From positions 32,001 through 96,000 of the forward strand of contig JAHPZI010000030.1 of the NCBI GenBank assembly GCA_019058295.1: a DNA stretch of 64,000 nt, written 5' to 3'. This stretch comes from Promethearchaeota archaeon (lineage in GTDB: Archaea; Asgardarchaeota; Lokiarchaeia; Sigyniarchaeales; SOKP01). Position numbers and translations under genes: made by a program. Shown in pieces: positions 11,731 to 21,597 of the stretch; position 1 is the first letter of the stretch; the number at the start of each line of letters is the position of its first letter. The notes beneath the pieces are model-generated. The model did no database searches and was not told the DNA's origin. It saw only the letters and a program-made list of their open reading frames with translations.

Positions 11731-11892
11731 AAAATTTGTTTAATTTAGAGAAAAATAAAAGAAATTCTATTTTTAAAATATCTTTGAATTTTTTAGTTAT
11801 TAGCACAAATTAATTTCAATTCGTTTAAATTTATATATTTAAATTTTATATATAATTAAAACAGATTTATTCAATTCAAGTAATTATTATTT

Positions 11893-12753
11893 ATGACAAT
11901 TTACAACATATCAATAATAACAAGCTCCGGTTTTCCTTACTATCAAAAGGATATCAGAGATTTACCCGAAGGAATTATGTTATATCAGAGATTTTTTGAT
12001 TTCACTGAAGTTAAAAATACTCCTTACAATCCAAACGGTGCTGTTTTTGAGTTAAATGCTGGGCTTGTCTCTGCGTTATTTGGATTTGCTAAAAATTTAA
12101 ATAAAGAAATCAGAACCCTTGAGTTTAAATCCGTAAAAAGAGAAAATGATGAGGAATTATTAGAAGGGAAAAAAAAATATAAAGGAAATGTTTTAATTAC
12201 TGCTCAAACTGAAACTTACTTGCTACATAAATCTGTTAGAGCAAAAATCGACCTTATATATGACTCAATTATCTCTCATAAAATTCCCCTCCAATCTGCT
12301 GAAACAATCAATGAAAATGAAGAGAAAAAAATTACTGATATTTTAACTGATGCTAGCGCAAGAAATCGTGTTAATAATCATCAAAAAGAAATACAAAACC
12401 TATCAAAAAAGTTTTTAACAGAAACTGGAAAATATGGATTATTTAATATTATAATTACCTCGTTTGATCTAAGTCCTATTGCTGTTTTTGGGGATAAATA
12501 CACTTTCAAAGAAATAGAAATAATTTTAAGAAACATGGGGGATATACCAAATATAAGACCCATGGAATGGGAGCATCGCCAGAGCTTCTATAAGGATAAT
12601 CAACTATGGGTCTATCTTATTAATTCAGCTATAGGAGTTACGGTCGATGGATTGTTCGAACCCTATTTTTACCTTCTATTTACTGATTTTGAATCTTATC
12701 TAGGGGAGTTCCCTGCAAAACTCACAAATAACTTTAATTATATACTTGGTTAA
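11893..12753 (+). CDS. Hypothetical protein, possibly longin/roadblock-like fold
   Basis: N-terminal IYNISIITSSGFPYY and LNAGLVSALFGFA resemble the longin beta1-beta2/alpha1 pattern. Confidence 0.5.
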   Translation: MTIYNISIITSSGFPYYQKDIRDLPEGIMLYQRFFDFTEVKNTPYNPNGAVFELNAGLVSALFGFAKNLNKEIRTLEFKSVKRENDEELLEGKKKYKGNVLITAQTETYLLHKSVRAKIDLIYDSIISHKIPLQSAETINENEEKKITDILTDASARNRVNNHQKEIQNLSKKFLTETGKYGLFNIIITSFDLSPIAVFGDKYTFKEIEIILRNMGDIPNIRPMEWEHRQSFYKDNQLWVYLINSAIGVTVDGLFEPYFYLLFTDFESYLGEFPAKLTNNFNYILG

Positions 12754-12768
12754 AAAATTGTCAATTTG

Positions 12769-13539
12769 TTATAATCTAGTTTTATCAGCAGCTTTTATTA
12801 TATCGAATAATGAATCTACTTGGAGCGAAGCTCCGCCTACTAATCCTCCATCAATATCTCCTTGTTTAAATAGTTCTTCGGCGTTATTAGGCTTAATTGA
12901 TCCTCCATATTGAATTCTAACATAATCAGATGTTTCTTTATCGTATTTTTGAGTTAAAAGTTCACGAATAAAAGCGTGAATTTCTTCAGCTTGCTCAGGA
13001 GTCGCAGTTTTTCCTGTACCTATTGCCCAAATTGGCTCGTAAGCTATTACTGTTCTTATCATTTCTTCTTTTGTAATATCTTTAAATGTTCTATCCATCT
13101 GATTTTGGATTATTTCTTTCGTTTTTCCACTTTCTCTTTCTTCTAATTGCTCTCCTATGCACACTATCGGACTTAAAACCATTGATAATGCTTTTTTAAG
13201 CTTTTTATTAATAAGAGCGTCTGTTTCTTTGAAAATATTTCTTCTTTCGCTGTGTCCGAGGATTACATATTCACATCCTATAGCTTTCAAAAAATTTGGA
13301 GAAATCTCTCCTGTAAAAGCGCCTTTCTCTTCAAAATACATATTTTGAGCTCCTAATTTAATATTCGTACTTTCTAAAATCTCTTTTACAGCATATAGGG
13401 CAGTAAAAGGTGGAGAGATTACAATGTCAACGGATTGGATATCTTTAACGAGTGGTATCAATTGTTTTAACATTTCTGACGCTTCAGCTGGAGATCCCCT
13501 ATTCATTTTCCAATTGCCACCTATAATCGGCTTTCTCAA
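12769..13539 (-). CDS. tpiA: Triosephosphate isomerase (bacterial/eukaryotic length)
   Basis: GGNWKMN, GHSERR, AYEPIWAIGTG, YGGS, LVGGASL; TTG start. Confidence 0.97.
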   Translation of the reverse strand: MRKPIIGGNWKMNRGSPAEASEMLKQLIPLVKDIQSVDIVISPPFTALYAVKEILESTNIKLGAQNMYFEEKGAFTGEISPNFLKAIGCEYVILGHSERRNIFKETDALINKKLKKALSMVLSPIVCIGEQLEERESGKTKEIIQNQMDRTFKDITKEEMIRTVIAYEPIWAIGTGKTATPEQAEEIHAFIRELLTQKYDKETSDYVRIQYGGSIKPNNAEELFKQGDIDGGLVGGASLQVDSLFDIIKAADKTRL

Positions 13540-13672
13540 GAATAATTACCTCAAATAAGAAAATTTTACTTAAAAATTGAAATAATTTGTTATATTCAAT
13601 TAAGTTTTAAACTCTATAAAATTCTAATGAAAATTTATTTATAAATAGTCTTTAAGAAAAAGCGAAAAAAAT

Positions 13673-14173
13673 TTATGATTTCGGAAGCTTCTCTGCTAAT
13701 TTTGTTGCTGTTAATAACTTTTTTACTTCATCCATATCAGGAGGCATAACTGCGGGTAATCCTAATTGTTCACGTCTTCTTTCGATCGCAGGTTGGCTTG
13801 GTATGGCTTTACCATGCTCTAATACGGTTGAAGCTTGGCCTGTGTAATGCTCAGGAGCCTCGCCTCTCTCTACACTTATATTTTTTAAAATCGTGAATAT
13901 TTCTGTAAGCTCAACTTTTTGGGGACAAACTTCGTCGCACGTATCACAAATTGTACAACCCCAAATATTAAAAGCGTTTTCCTTTCCAAATATTTTTTCT
14001 TTTAATCCCAACAGGGCATCTAAAATTAGTCTTCTTGGATTATATCGCCCTTCTGTAACTAAAGCCACAGGACAGGCGCCGCTACAAGTTGCGCATTGAT
14101 AGCAATAAGCAAGTGTACTGCCAATATCATTGCCAAGAATTTGGTTTCGAAATTCAAAATCTAAAGTAGCCAT
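13673..14173 (-). CDS. hdrC: Heterodisulfide reductase subunit C-like 4Fe-4S dicluster protein
   Basis: CYQCATCSGACP, PRRLI, CTICDTCDEVCPQ, RREQLGLP. Confidence 0.85.
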   Translation of the reverse strand: MATLDFEFRNQILGNDIGSTLAYCYQCATCSGACPVALVTEGRYNPRRLILDALLGLKEKIFGKENAFNIWGCTICDTCDEVCPQKVELTEIFTILKNISVERGEAPEHYTGQASTVLEHGKAIPSQPAIERRREQLGLPAVMPPDMDEVKKLLTATKLAEKLPKS

Positions 14174-14342
14174 TTTAATAATATTAATAATTTTTATTAA
14201 TTAATGTAATGAATTATTTTTGAATTTTAAAATTATTTCTTTTCAATTTTTAATATCCTTATTTTAAATAAATAAAAAGAATAAAAGTGAAAAAACACTT
14301 AATTGAATTATAAATCGTTTAACAATTTTAAGTGAATATTAA

Positions 14343-14687
14343 GTGAATATTGAAGAACTGAAATCAGTAGGAATTGATGGACCTAAAGATGGTATACTTT
14401 TAATTGATGTTTATACGACTTGGTGTGGGCCCTGTAAATTCGTCGCACCTATATTACATAAACTTCGGGATGAAGGGCTTATACAACTCATCCAAGTGGA
14501 TCTTGATCAAAATCGTCCCTTAGGTGAAATGTTTGGAATTACTGCAATCCCTACGCTACTCTTTTTTAAAGATGGAAAATTATTAGAAGGAACAATAGAA
14601 GTCCAAGGACAGCCGCTTGTGAACAATGGAATAATGATTGGAGCTGCTGGAGAGCCAATTCTCCGTGAGATTATTAATAAAATGTAA
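14343..14687 (+). CDS. trxA: Thioredoxin
   Basis: WCGPC, IPTLLFFKDG. Confidence 0.92.
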   Translation: MNIEELKSVGIDGPKDGILLIDVYTTWCGPCKFVAPILHKLRDEGLIQLIQVDLDQNRPLGEMFGITAIPTLLFFKDGKLLEGTIEVQGQPLVNNGIMIGAAGEPILREIINKM

Positions 14688-14879
14688 ATTAGAAGATTTC
14701 TTATTTTAAATCTATTTTTTCTATTTTGAACTTTAATGAAATATTAAATTGTATGAAGGTTTATTAGAAAAAATCTTTTTAGATTAGATATTTTTAATAT
14801 TTTTAATTAGATTAAAAGCTTTAAAACTGATCGTTATTTTACATTTATAATTTAATATAATTAACAATAATAATCGATT

Positions 14880-15389
14880 ATGAGCTATACAAGAAGCGAT
14901 CTTTTCTTAGCAGAAGCAGCAATGAACCAAATGCGTAATAGCATCTATTTTCTTGCCCGTCTTATGGAAAAAAAGGGCAATATTGATATCATTGGAAGAT
15001 TAAGAAGTATGGGGCGCAATATTGCAAGGACATTTATTAAGTATTGGAAGCCTATAGAAATAGTAAATGATTCAAATATAAAAGATGTTTTACAAACAAT
15101 TTATCAAAAAATAGTAGATAGCTCTATTTCAATTGAAGTCAACAGTGAAGAGAAGATAATTATAATTAAAGATTATAAGTGTTCACTCTGTAAATATAAT
15201 TACAAGGATATTAATATTGCAGGGTGCGAAATATTATTAGGATTAGTATCTGAACTTATTTTCCTTATAAATAATGACTTAAAAGATCCTTCGGTTATCT
15301 TCTTGGAACCATATAAAGTTGAAGAATCAAGGGCTCGTGGAGATAATTTATGCTTACAAATCTTTAAATATAAAATAGGAGGTTCTTGA
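14880..15389 (+). CDS. V4R/Bet3-like fold protein
   Basis: MGRNIA helix, CSLC, GCEILLG, ESRARGDNLC. Confidence 0.6.
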   Translation: MSYTRSDLFLAEAAMNQMRNSIYFLARLMEKKGNIDIIGRLRSMGRNIARTFIKYWKPIEIVNDSNIKDVLQTIYQKIVDSSISIEVNSEEKIIIIKDYKCSLCKYNYKDINIAGCEILLGLVSELIFLINNDLKDPSVIFLEPYKVEESRARGDNLCLQIFKYKIGGS

Positions 15390-15393
15390 ACTC

Positions 15394-16845
15394 ATGGGGG
15401 CATTCCAATGGTTGATGAAGAAGATACTGAAAGCTTTTGGTCGAAATACTAATAGTTTATTTTATCAATTACTTTATCGTGAAATCCTCAAAGAAATTAA
15501 CGAGATTATAAAGGATGAAGAAGAAAGTATTACTATTTTAAGAGAAATTTGTAAAAGAGCTGCTTTTGAATCTTGCGAACGACATTCTAGCATTTTCAAG
15601 TTTATGCCGGGGAACCCGAAAAAAGTATTAACGTACTTCGAAATTTTATTCTCAATAGTCCTCGGAATGAATATGGGTGAATATGATTTCGAGGAAATCC
15701 CAAAAGAAGGTGCAAAATATAACGATTACGTTTTAAACGTTACAGTTAATCCGATTTGTGCAGGATATGGAGATGATACAGAAGATACCTTTGATTTCAG
15801 CAAATTAAGTAAAGAGGTTGAGGGTTGTTCGGCAGGTTTGTGTGGTATGCTTGAGACTGTGGCAAACTTTATACTAAAAGTAAAAAAGAACGATTTTCGC
15901 ATAGGAATCACAGAAACGAAGTGCCTTATGAAAGGTGATGAATACTTACAAATTTATTGTAAAGTATATGATTTTAGAGAATGGAAAGAATTTCTGGATT
16001 CTAAACCAGAAATTAAATATTTCGAAGAAATCTTAGAGGAAGAAATTCAAGAAGAGGCCAAATTAGATCTTATTGATAAATTACAAGAAATTTTTTCGTT
16101 AGATAAATTGGATGATTTATTGGATGAACCTCTTGAAAGTATTAAAGAGAAAGTTGCTGAACTTATTAGAGATAAATTAAACATGGAACCTGATCATTTC
16201 TTTGACTATTTCAGAAATTACGAGGATGACATGATTAGGATTATTGGATATTTAGCTGTTCATCTGATGAATGAGTATGGAGGTTTTGTGGAAAAATCGT
16301 TAAGTAGCGATTTCACAGCTAAAATAATAGGTTATTTTTTTAAACATCTTAAAGAGATGACATTACTATTTATACCATTAGATGTCATTCGTGATTATAA
16401 TGAATTATTTGTAAATTTTTTGGGAGGGCTAGCTCCTGTCGAAATGGTCGATAATGTCAGACAGATTACAGGAAAAGATACTATAAACTATATTTTTGAA
16501 GGTTCTGAAATGGCATTAGAAAATTTAGGTATTGAATTTTCAGAGTTAAAGGAAAATGTATGGGAAGAACTGAAAAAAGAAAGGGAAGATGGATTAATTT
16601 CGGCAGAACAAACAACGATGGAAAAAACCAGAGAAAACTTCCCGAAGATAATTAACATCATTCAAGAACTCCTAATGATATTCAACGAAATTTTGACTCT
16701 GCCTATAAGAGTATTAATCTCTGAGAGCCATTATGGATTAAAAACAGCGATAAATTCAGTCGCTTCTGAAGAAGAGGGACTTTATGGCTCCTTAAGAGAA
16801 AGATTCGATAATATTTTTGATCAAATCCAAGAAATAAGGAAATAA
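15394..16845 (+). CDS. V4R-domain protein with long helical C-terminal region
   Basis: NPICAG, CSAGLCGMLE, ETKCLMKGDEY; coupled to the previous gene. Confidence 0.55.
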   Translation: MGAFQWLMKKILKAFGRNTNSLFYQLLYREILKEINEIIKDEEESITILREICKRAAFESCERHSSIFKFMPGNPKKVLTYFEILFSIVLGMNMGEYDFEEIPKEGAKYNDYVLNVTVNPICAGYGDDTEDTFDFSKLSKEVEGCSAGLCGMLETVANFILKVKKNDFRIGITETKCLMKGDEYLQIYCKVYDFREWKEFLDSKPEIKYFEEILEEEIQEEAKLDLIDKLQEIFSLDKLDDLLDEPLESIKEKVAELIRDKLNMEPDHFFDYFRNYEDDMIRIIGYLAVHLMNEYGGFVEKSLSSDFTAKIIGYFFKHLKEMTLLFIPLDVIRDYNELFVNFLGGLAPVEMVDNVRQITGKDTINYIFEGSEMALENLGIEFSELKENVWEELKKEREDGLISAEQTTMEKTRENFPKIINIIQELLMIFNEILTLPIRVLISESHYGLKTAINSVASEEEGLYGSLRERFDNIFDQIQEIRK

Positions 16846-16861
16846 TATTTAAAAATTCTTA

Positions 16862-17305
16862 TTATTCTACCTTTTTACACATTACATAGTGCTCGATTTC
16901 ATCAAAAAGAAGTGGACCTTCTCCAATAATTACATAATCAAGCTTTGTGAAGAGCTCTTTTGCCGTTTTTCTGGCATTCAACATAATGCTGGAGACTCCG
17001 AGACTTATCGCGAAACCTTCAATGTACCGAATTAATTTAGTTGCAATTCTTTTTTTTCGGTATTCTTTTTCAACTGCTATATATCTTATTTGTCCTTCCT
17101 TTTCGCTATTTTTATGAAAACGAGCAGTGGCTACAATTTTATTATTTAAAATTACAATGAATGGATATGAATCATTTTCGAGATCATCCTTTTCTGATCC
17201 TCTTGGTTGATTCCAAGGCTTTCTTAACACTCTCCATCTCAAATCATACATAAATGAATAATCTTCTTTAGAGAGTGGTCGTTGAATTATTAGAGGTTCT
17301 TTCAT
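16862..17305 (-). CDS. GNAT N-acetyltransferase
   Basis: LRWRVLR, QIRYIAVEKEYRKKRIA, LNAR, IEHYVM. Confidence 0.88.
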   Translation of the reverse strand: MKEPLIIQRPLSKEDYSFMYDLRWRVLRKPWNQPRGSEKDDLENDSYPFIVILNNKIVATARFHKNSEKEGQIRYIAVEKEYRKKRIATKLIRYIEGFAISLGVSSIMLNARKTAKELFTKLDYVIIGEGPLLFDEIEHYVMCKKVE

Positions 17306-17323
17306 TTAAAAAGTCCCATAATT

Positions 17324-18841
17324 TTATTTTAAAGATCTTTTTGAGGATATGTAGATTTCGTAAAACCAATCTATTATGTATTGAAAGAAAAATCGTTCTC
17401 GAAGGACATCATAGTGTGATTTATTTTTTAAACTGGTCAATTTTGCAATATCTTCTGACTTAATCTTACACTCGGCAATTAAATTCATTCTCGCCTTAAA
17501 TTGGTCAATCATTGATATGGGCCTCAAAATAACTTCAATTGCATTAGAGATCTTGTTTATTAATTCGCGAAATTCTTTATTATAATCATATTTAGATTTT
17601 CGAGATTCGCTTAGAAAACTATTTATCTTCTTTAAAATTGGCTCTTTTTTGTAATAATTAATTAATTCTTTTTGATCTATTACTTCTGAGAGATAATCTA
17701 TAACTTTTTTGATAATCGAGGATTCAATTTGTAACTTTTTCATTTCTTTTTCTAATCGAACTAAAAATTGTTGCTTTAAAAACTGCTTATATTTAACTAT
17801 AATCGCTTCGTTTTCTTTTATGTCTGAACAAATTTCGACAACCTCTCCCTTAGGGGTTGAATAAGTGAAACCATGCCCTTGAGGTCCAAGGCCCCCAAGT
17901 AGGACCATTCCTAGAATATAAAATTTGTAATTATCCTTAGCAATTATATTATTCAGATTTATCCTTATATTCTTTGGAGATATTAAATGCTTTTTAATTT
18001 CAGTCTCTTCTCGTAACTCTTCAAAATCATAAAAATATGTATTGTAACTATTTTTATAATTAAATTCAATAAAATTTTCATTTTCAGTTAGTAAATCGCC
18101 TTGATTTTTGTCTGATTGATTTTTATGCTCTATAATAATCTTATTAAATTCTCTAATGAATTTCTTTATTGAACCTAAATTTTTAACACTAAGACCGTAT
18201 ATTGAGTATTGATTAAAAAAAAAATTTTTAATGTAAAATATTAATTGCTCTATATTCAAATTATATAATAGAAATCGATCGTTTACTAAAAAATTGTAGA
18301 GATCTTGAGGCATAACTTTAAAAACATATAAAATCAAAGAATTGGATACATTTCCAAACAAATCGTTTAAATTTGAGAGCAGCAATTTATCTTTTTTGAG
18401 GTCTTCTATGGTTTTTAAATCATCATTATCAAAATCTTTATCAAGCAAATTATATTCGTTGAAAAATCTTAAAAGCTCAATTATTTTACCAAGTGAAGAA
18501 GTTTTATATTCTGTAGCTACTTCTTCTGTACAATTCAATAATAATTCTGAAATAATTTCAAAGCGATCAGGAATTTTTCTCACATCAATAAAAATATCAA
18601 AATAGGATGATAAATTAAAAAACTCCCTATAGGTTTCAAATTTTTTATGTTTAAGATTTTTTGAAAGACACTTGTAAAAGTTCTCTTCCATTTTTTCTTT
18701 ATAAATTTTATTTGAGGATGAGTTGATTAAATTTGAGAAGTTTTCTATTTCATTTTGCTCGATAAAGCTTTTAATTTTAAATACTTCTCCCGATTTTAAA
18801 AAATTAATTAGTGAATCAAAAAACTCTTCTAAAGGTAACAT
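17324..18841 (-). CDS. Hypothetical protein
   Basis: 505 aa ORF with conserved-looking core LLGGLGPQGHGFTYSTPKGEVVEICSD. Confidence 0.65.
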   Translation of the reverse strand: MLPLEEFFDSLINFLKSGEVFKIKSFIEQNEIENFSNLINSSSNKIYKEKMEENFYKCLSKNLKHKKFETYREFFNLSSYFDIFIDVRKIPDRFEIISELLLNCTEEVATEYKTSSLGKIIELLRFFNEYNLLDKDFDNDDLKTIEDLKKDKLLLSNLNDLFGNVSNSLILYVFKVMPQDLYNFLVNDRFLLYNLNIEQLIFYIKNFFFNQYSIYGLSVKNLGSIKKFIREFNKIIIEHKNQSDKNQGDLLTENENFIEFNYKNSYNTYFYDFEELREETEIKKHLISPKNIRINLNNIIAKDNYKFYILGMVLLGGLGPQGHGFTYSTPKGEVVEICSDIKENEAIIVKYKQFLKQQFLVRLEKEMKKLQIESSIIKKVIDYLSEVIDQKELINYYKKEPILKKINSFLSESRKSKYDYNKEFRELINKISNAIEVILRPISMIDQFKARMNLIAECKIKSEDIAKLTSLKNKSHYDVLRERFFFQYIIDWFYEIYISSKRSLK

Positions 18842-18914
18842 TTAACAGATGAATTATAATAAAACTTGCTATTAAACTTATTGATATATATACAAAGAAA
18901 GTTGATTTTTTAGT

Positions 18915-19286
18915 TTAATCTAAAAGGTCAGCAATCTTTTGACTAACTGATTGGATGTTGAGGAAAACCATTCCAAGCGAGGCATCTGCTTTAGTGAGAG
19001 TCGCCAAAATAGCATTATTACCTGCTTTTGATAAGATTATTATTCCATCAACACCTTCTATAAGAATTCTCTTAAGATTTCCTCGAGCAAGCTCTTCAAC
19101 TGCTCTCTCAGATACAGATAAGATAGCTGCAGACATGGCGGACACAATACCATCATTTACATCCCTCGCAAGAACTGAACAAATAGGAAGTCCTTGCACA
19201 CTCACAATTGCAGATCCTTGTATGTCAGCGTTGACCGCTTCCATTTTTCGCAATAATTCTATAAGATCGCTGATGTTTTCACTCAA
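18915..19286 (-). CDS. Roadblock/LC7 domain protein
   Basis: IQGSAIVSVQGLPI, SAMSAAILSVSERA..EL, LGMVFL. Confidence 0.92.
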   Translation of the reverse strand: MSENISDLIELLRKMEAVNADIQGSAIVSVQGLPICSVLARDVNDGIVSAMSAAILSVSERAVEELARGNLKRILIEGVDGIIILSKAGNNAILATLTKADASLGMVFLNIQSVSQKIADLLD

Positions 19287-19418
19287 TGATTTATCAACTA
19301 AAAAAAAATGATGTTATTATTATTATATTCTAATTTAATTTTAAATATTTTTTATTATTTTATTCTTTTTCATTTTATTTTAATATTTTTTATTTTTTTT
19401 ATTATTTTATTCTTTTTT

Positions 19419-19472
19419 TCAAAATAATGACTAATCTTTTTATCAAAATAATGACTGATCAAAATAATGACT
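19419..19472 (+). repeat. Three direct copies of TCAAAATAATGACT, the last containing the map start codon
   Basis: Copies at 19419-19432, 19443-19456 and 19459-19472. Confidence 0.85.
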
Positions 19473-20432
19473 GAGGATAAAAAAACTCTTTCTAAGGAAG
19501 AGTTAGAAAAAGAAAAAGAAGAAAAGGAAAAACAGATTAAAATAGATTCCTTAAGAAAGGCTGGTGGAATCGCAAGCGAAGTAAAAAAGTTTATGAAACC
19601 TCGTTTAAAAGTAGAAGCAAAAGTTTTAGATTTAATTAACACTGCAGAGCAGAAAATCATAGAATTAGGCGGGGAACCGGCATTTCCTGTTAATTTATCA
19701 ATTAATAACGTAGCGGCTCATTATACATCTCCAATAAGAGATGATGGTTTAACAATAAAAGAGGGGGATATAGTTAAATTAGATATGGGAGTCCACATTG
19801 AAGGATATATTGTGGATACGGCATATACAATTAGTTTTAATGACGATGTACTGCTAGAAAATATTATTCAGTCTACTGAGGTGGCGGTTGAAGCTGCTAA
19901 AATGATGGTCAAACCAGATATCAATACCAGAGAAATAGGGAAAAAAATTGAAAGCATAGTCAAAGGTTTTAAATATAATCCAATCCGCCAATTAGGGGGT
20001 CATCAAATTGAGAGATGGATTGTTCACGGAAAAAAGGCTCTTCCCGAATTAGGAAATCAAAGTGGAGATGTTATGGAAGAAGGGGATGTATTTGGAATAG
20101 AAATATTTGCATCTACAGGTGAAGGGTCCGTTCATATGACTAATAATTCTTTTATATATGAATTAAATACATATTCAGGAAGGGTTCCCTTGCGTCGGAA
20201 AATTTCTAAACAAATTCTAGGATTTGTGAATAAAAATTATAAAACATTGCCATTCGCAGAAAGATGGGTGGCAAAAGAATTTAGAATGGGTGTAGCATTT
20301 GGACTTCAAGAACTAGTAAAACAAAATAAATTACAGGCTCATTATGTGCTAGCAGAAAATAAAGGTGAGTACGTTGCTCAAACTGAGGAAACAATTATCG
20401 TAACTGAGGATGGATTTGAACAGTTAACTTAA
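19467..20432 (+). CDS. map: Methionine aminopeptidase type II
   Basis: AFPVNLSINNVAAHY, DMGVHIEGYIVDTA, GGHQI, EIFASTG. Confidence 0.95.
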   Translation: MTEDKKTLSKEELEKEKEEKEKQIKIDSLRKAGGIASEVKKFMKPRLKVEAKVLDLINTAEQKIIELGGEPAFPVNLSINNVAAHYTSPIRDDGLTIKEGDIVKLDMGVHIEGYIVDTAYTISFNDDVLLENIIQSTEVAVEAAKMMVKPDINTREIGKKIESIVKGFKYNPIRQLGGHQIERWIVHGKKALPELGNQSGDVMEEGDVFGIEIFASTGEGSVHMTNNSFIYELNTYSGRVPLRRKISKQILGFVNKNYKTLPFAERWVAKEFRMGVAFGLQELVKQNKLQAHYVLAENKGEYVAQTEETIIVTEDGFEQLT

Positions 20433-20476
20433 ATAATTTAAATAATTTATTTTAAAAAATCAATTTTAGTTTTTAT

Positions 20477-21586
20477 ATGAGAAAACTAAACATTTGTCTT
20501 GTTTCTTTGACTATCGCTCCAGATAGTCAAGATGGAAGTGCTAAATTTTTTAGAGGGATTTTTGATTATTTGAAAAAACAAGGTCATAATGTATCTCTTT
20601 TAACTGGAAAATGGAATTATCAGCTTGATAATCCAAACATATTTCAAATAAATTTAATCAAGAAAAGTTATTTCTGGATACCTCAATTTAGTTTAAAGGT
20701 TAAAAAATATCTTAAGAATCATAATTTTGATATTATTCATGGAAATGGACCAAAGGGATCGTTGCCCCTTCTCTTCATCGGTAAGAAAAAATTTATATCG
20801 ACACTTCATGACTTGGGACCATATGAAACCACGTTCTCACGATTTCCAATAGAAAAATATCTATTTAAAGCTGTTGCTAAAAAGGCTGAATATTTGACAA
20901 CTTGTTCAGAATTCATTAAGAGTGAAATTAAACATAATATTCCTCAAGTAGATATTAATAAGATATATAATCTGTATTCTGCTATTGAACCAAAATTCAA
21001 ATGCTGTCTAGAAGAGGCTCAGGAATTAAAGAAAGTATTAAATATTCAAGGACCGATTCTACTCCACATTGGTCGTATAGCGCTATATAAAGGTGTACAC
21101 AATTTAATTTCTGCTTATCAAATAGCGAAAAAAGAAATTCCAGATCTTAATTTAGTTATTGGAGGAAAACCCGATTTTTATATGGAAAAATATTATAAAA
21201 TTTGGAAACAAAAATATAAGGATATTCATTTTTTAGGATTTGTCCCAGAAGATGAGATCCCAATTTATTATTCTATGGGTGATATTTTCGTAAATTATTC
21301 ATATGCTACAGAAGGATTTGGGCTTACCCCTCTCGAAGCGATTGCTTGTGGAACGCCAGTAATCTGTTCATCTATAGAGCCCTACAAAGAAGTATTAAAA
21401 GATAATGCCATATTCGTTCCTCCAAAAAATCCTGAATTACTTGCTGAAGAAATTATTAGATTAGTACAAAATGATACTCTAAGAAGAAAATTGGTTGATA
21501 AAGCTCAAAAATATATCGAAAGGTACACGTGGGATGCTGTAGGCAAAAAACTTGAGAAAGTATACAGTAAATTTCTAAAAAATTAG
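20477..21586 (+). CDS. Glycosyltransferase family 4
   Basis: EGFGLTPLEAIACGTPVI. Confidence 0.9.
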   Translation: MRKLNICLVSLTIAPDSQDGSAKFFRGIFDYLKKQGHNVSLLTGKWNYQLDNPNIFQINLIKKSYFWIPQFSLKVKKYLKNHNFDIIHGNGPKGSLPLLFIGKKKFISTLHDLGPYETTFSRFPIEKYLFKAVAKKAEYLTTCSEFIKSEIKHNIPQVDINKIYNLYSAIEPKFKCCLEEAQELKKVLNIQGPILLHIGRIALYKGVHNLISAYQIAKKEIPDLNLVIGGKPDFYMEKYYKIWKQKYKDIHFLGFVPEDEIPIYYSMGDIFVNYSYATEGFGLTPLEAIACGTPVICSSIEPYKEVLKDNAIFVPPKNPELLAEEIIRLVQNDTLRRKLVDKAQKYIERYTWDAVGKKLEKVYSKFLKN

Positions 21587-21597
21587 AAATTAGATAT

